From the IMG/VR virus record IMGVR_UViG_3300029286_000009, positions 186,001 to 250,000 of that record: a stretch of 64,000 nt of DNA. The stretch is one strand, 5' to 3'. The notes below the pieces were generated by a model. That model saw only the letters and a list, made by a program, of their open reading frames with translations, did not search any database and was not told where the DNA came from. The position numbers and the translations under genes were made by a program. Positions 63,510 to 64,000 of the stretch are shown piece by piece. How positions within the stretch are numbered: position 1 is the stretch's first letter; each line of letters opens with the position of its first letter.

Positions 63510-63859
63510 GAAATTATATCCTCATTATCGTATTCTTACTACTGGTTTCTTGTGCTAGCATACCGCGGGAGCAGCTCCTAGTAAGCGAAATTACTTTACC
63601 ACCTCGTCCTGATGTGGTAATGATAGATAAGGGTAAGGGTGATACTAAAAAATACCCTAATACAAAATGGGTTAGCGAGCCTTCTATGGACAGCAAGAAG
63701 GGGATTGCCTGTTGGTCTTATAAAGATGTGCAAGTTATTAGTGATGGACTAGCTGACTGGCAGGTTTGGGCTGATGCTATAGAGTCAATCGTAAAAAGTC
63801 ATAATGGGGGGGAAATTAATAAGGACACTGCACCTTGGTATAAACGCTGGATAAGGTAG
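63506..63859 (+). CDS. Probable o-spanin lipoprotein
   Basis: Lipobox LLVSC, Pro-rich, overlaps the i-spanin stop. Confidence 0.6.
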   Translation: MRNYILIIVFLLLVSCASIPREQLLVSEITLPPRPDVVMIDKGKGDTKKYPNTKWVSEPSMDSKKGIACWSYKDVQVISDGLADWQVWADAIESIVKSHNGGEINKDTAPWYKRWIR

Positions 63860-64000
63860 GTGCCCATGTCTGAAGCGGATACACGACAAGCTGAGTTACT
63901 GGGTGAATTGGAAGAGATTGTCTCTCAATTAGCACAACAGACTGATAGTAAGACAACTAATCTTCAAGTTTATATAGAAGAGCAGAAAAAACTTTTGGAT

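Larger units (their letters stand above)
1..64000. other. Segment of a large tailed dsDNA phage genome
   Basis: Terminase, portal, protease, scaffold and capsid genes; lysis cassette; dense co-oriented small ORFs; no host housekeeping operons. Confidence 0.95.

Noticed and set aside
1-64000. CRISPR array, tRNA genes or stop-codon recoding
   Set aside because: No repeat-spacer array or cloverleaf seen; long genes are intact in the standard code and all three stop codons terminate genes

Overview
This window is a 64-kb segment of a large tailed dsDNA bacteriophage genome in the standard genetic code. The spanin-type lysis cassette points to a diderm host. Layout: (1) 1-3.2 kb is mostly non-coding, with repeated promoter-like motifs, heavily structured RNA-like segments and terminators. 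(2) 3.2-5.3 kb is an isolated fibre plus chaperone module. (3) 5.9-25.7 kb is a minus-strand run of small accessory ORFs that includes a Bro-N/HNH protein, a TnpB element, an IscB remnant, GIY-YIG, M23 peptidase, vWA protein, metacaspase and a DNA methyltransferase. (4) At about 25.7-25.9 kb the coding strand switches across short direct repeats. (5) 25.9-41 kb is plus strand: GroES, HU, a pseudo-receiver protein, an unusually long tmRNA, two antirepressor-HNH proteins, DnaX and a delta-like subunit, methionine aminopeptidase, an actin-like ATPase and an intact IscB/omega-RNA element. (6) 41-64 kb is the head module (terminase, portal, protease, Ser-Gly-rich fibres, scaffold, capsid), two LAGLIDADG genes (one broken by a TnpB element) and a lysis cassette. 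Main leads: the structured-RNA array in the first 3 kb, the 518-nt tmRNA with a 25-aa non-canonical tag, IscB and TnpB elements sharing ends and the ATGA target, a probable (AT)n slip at the fibre C-terminus, and a three-member antirepressor/Bro-HNH family. All calls come from reading motifs by eye; no database searches were run.
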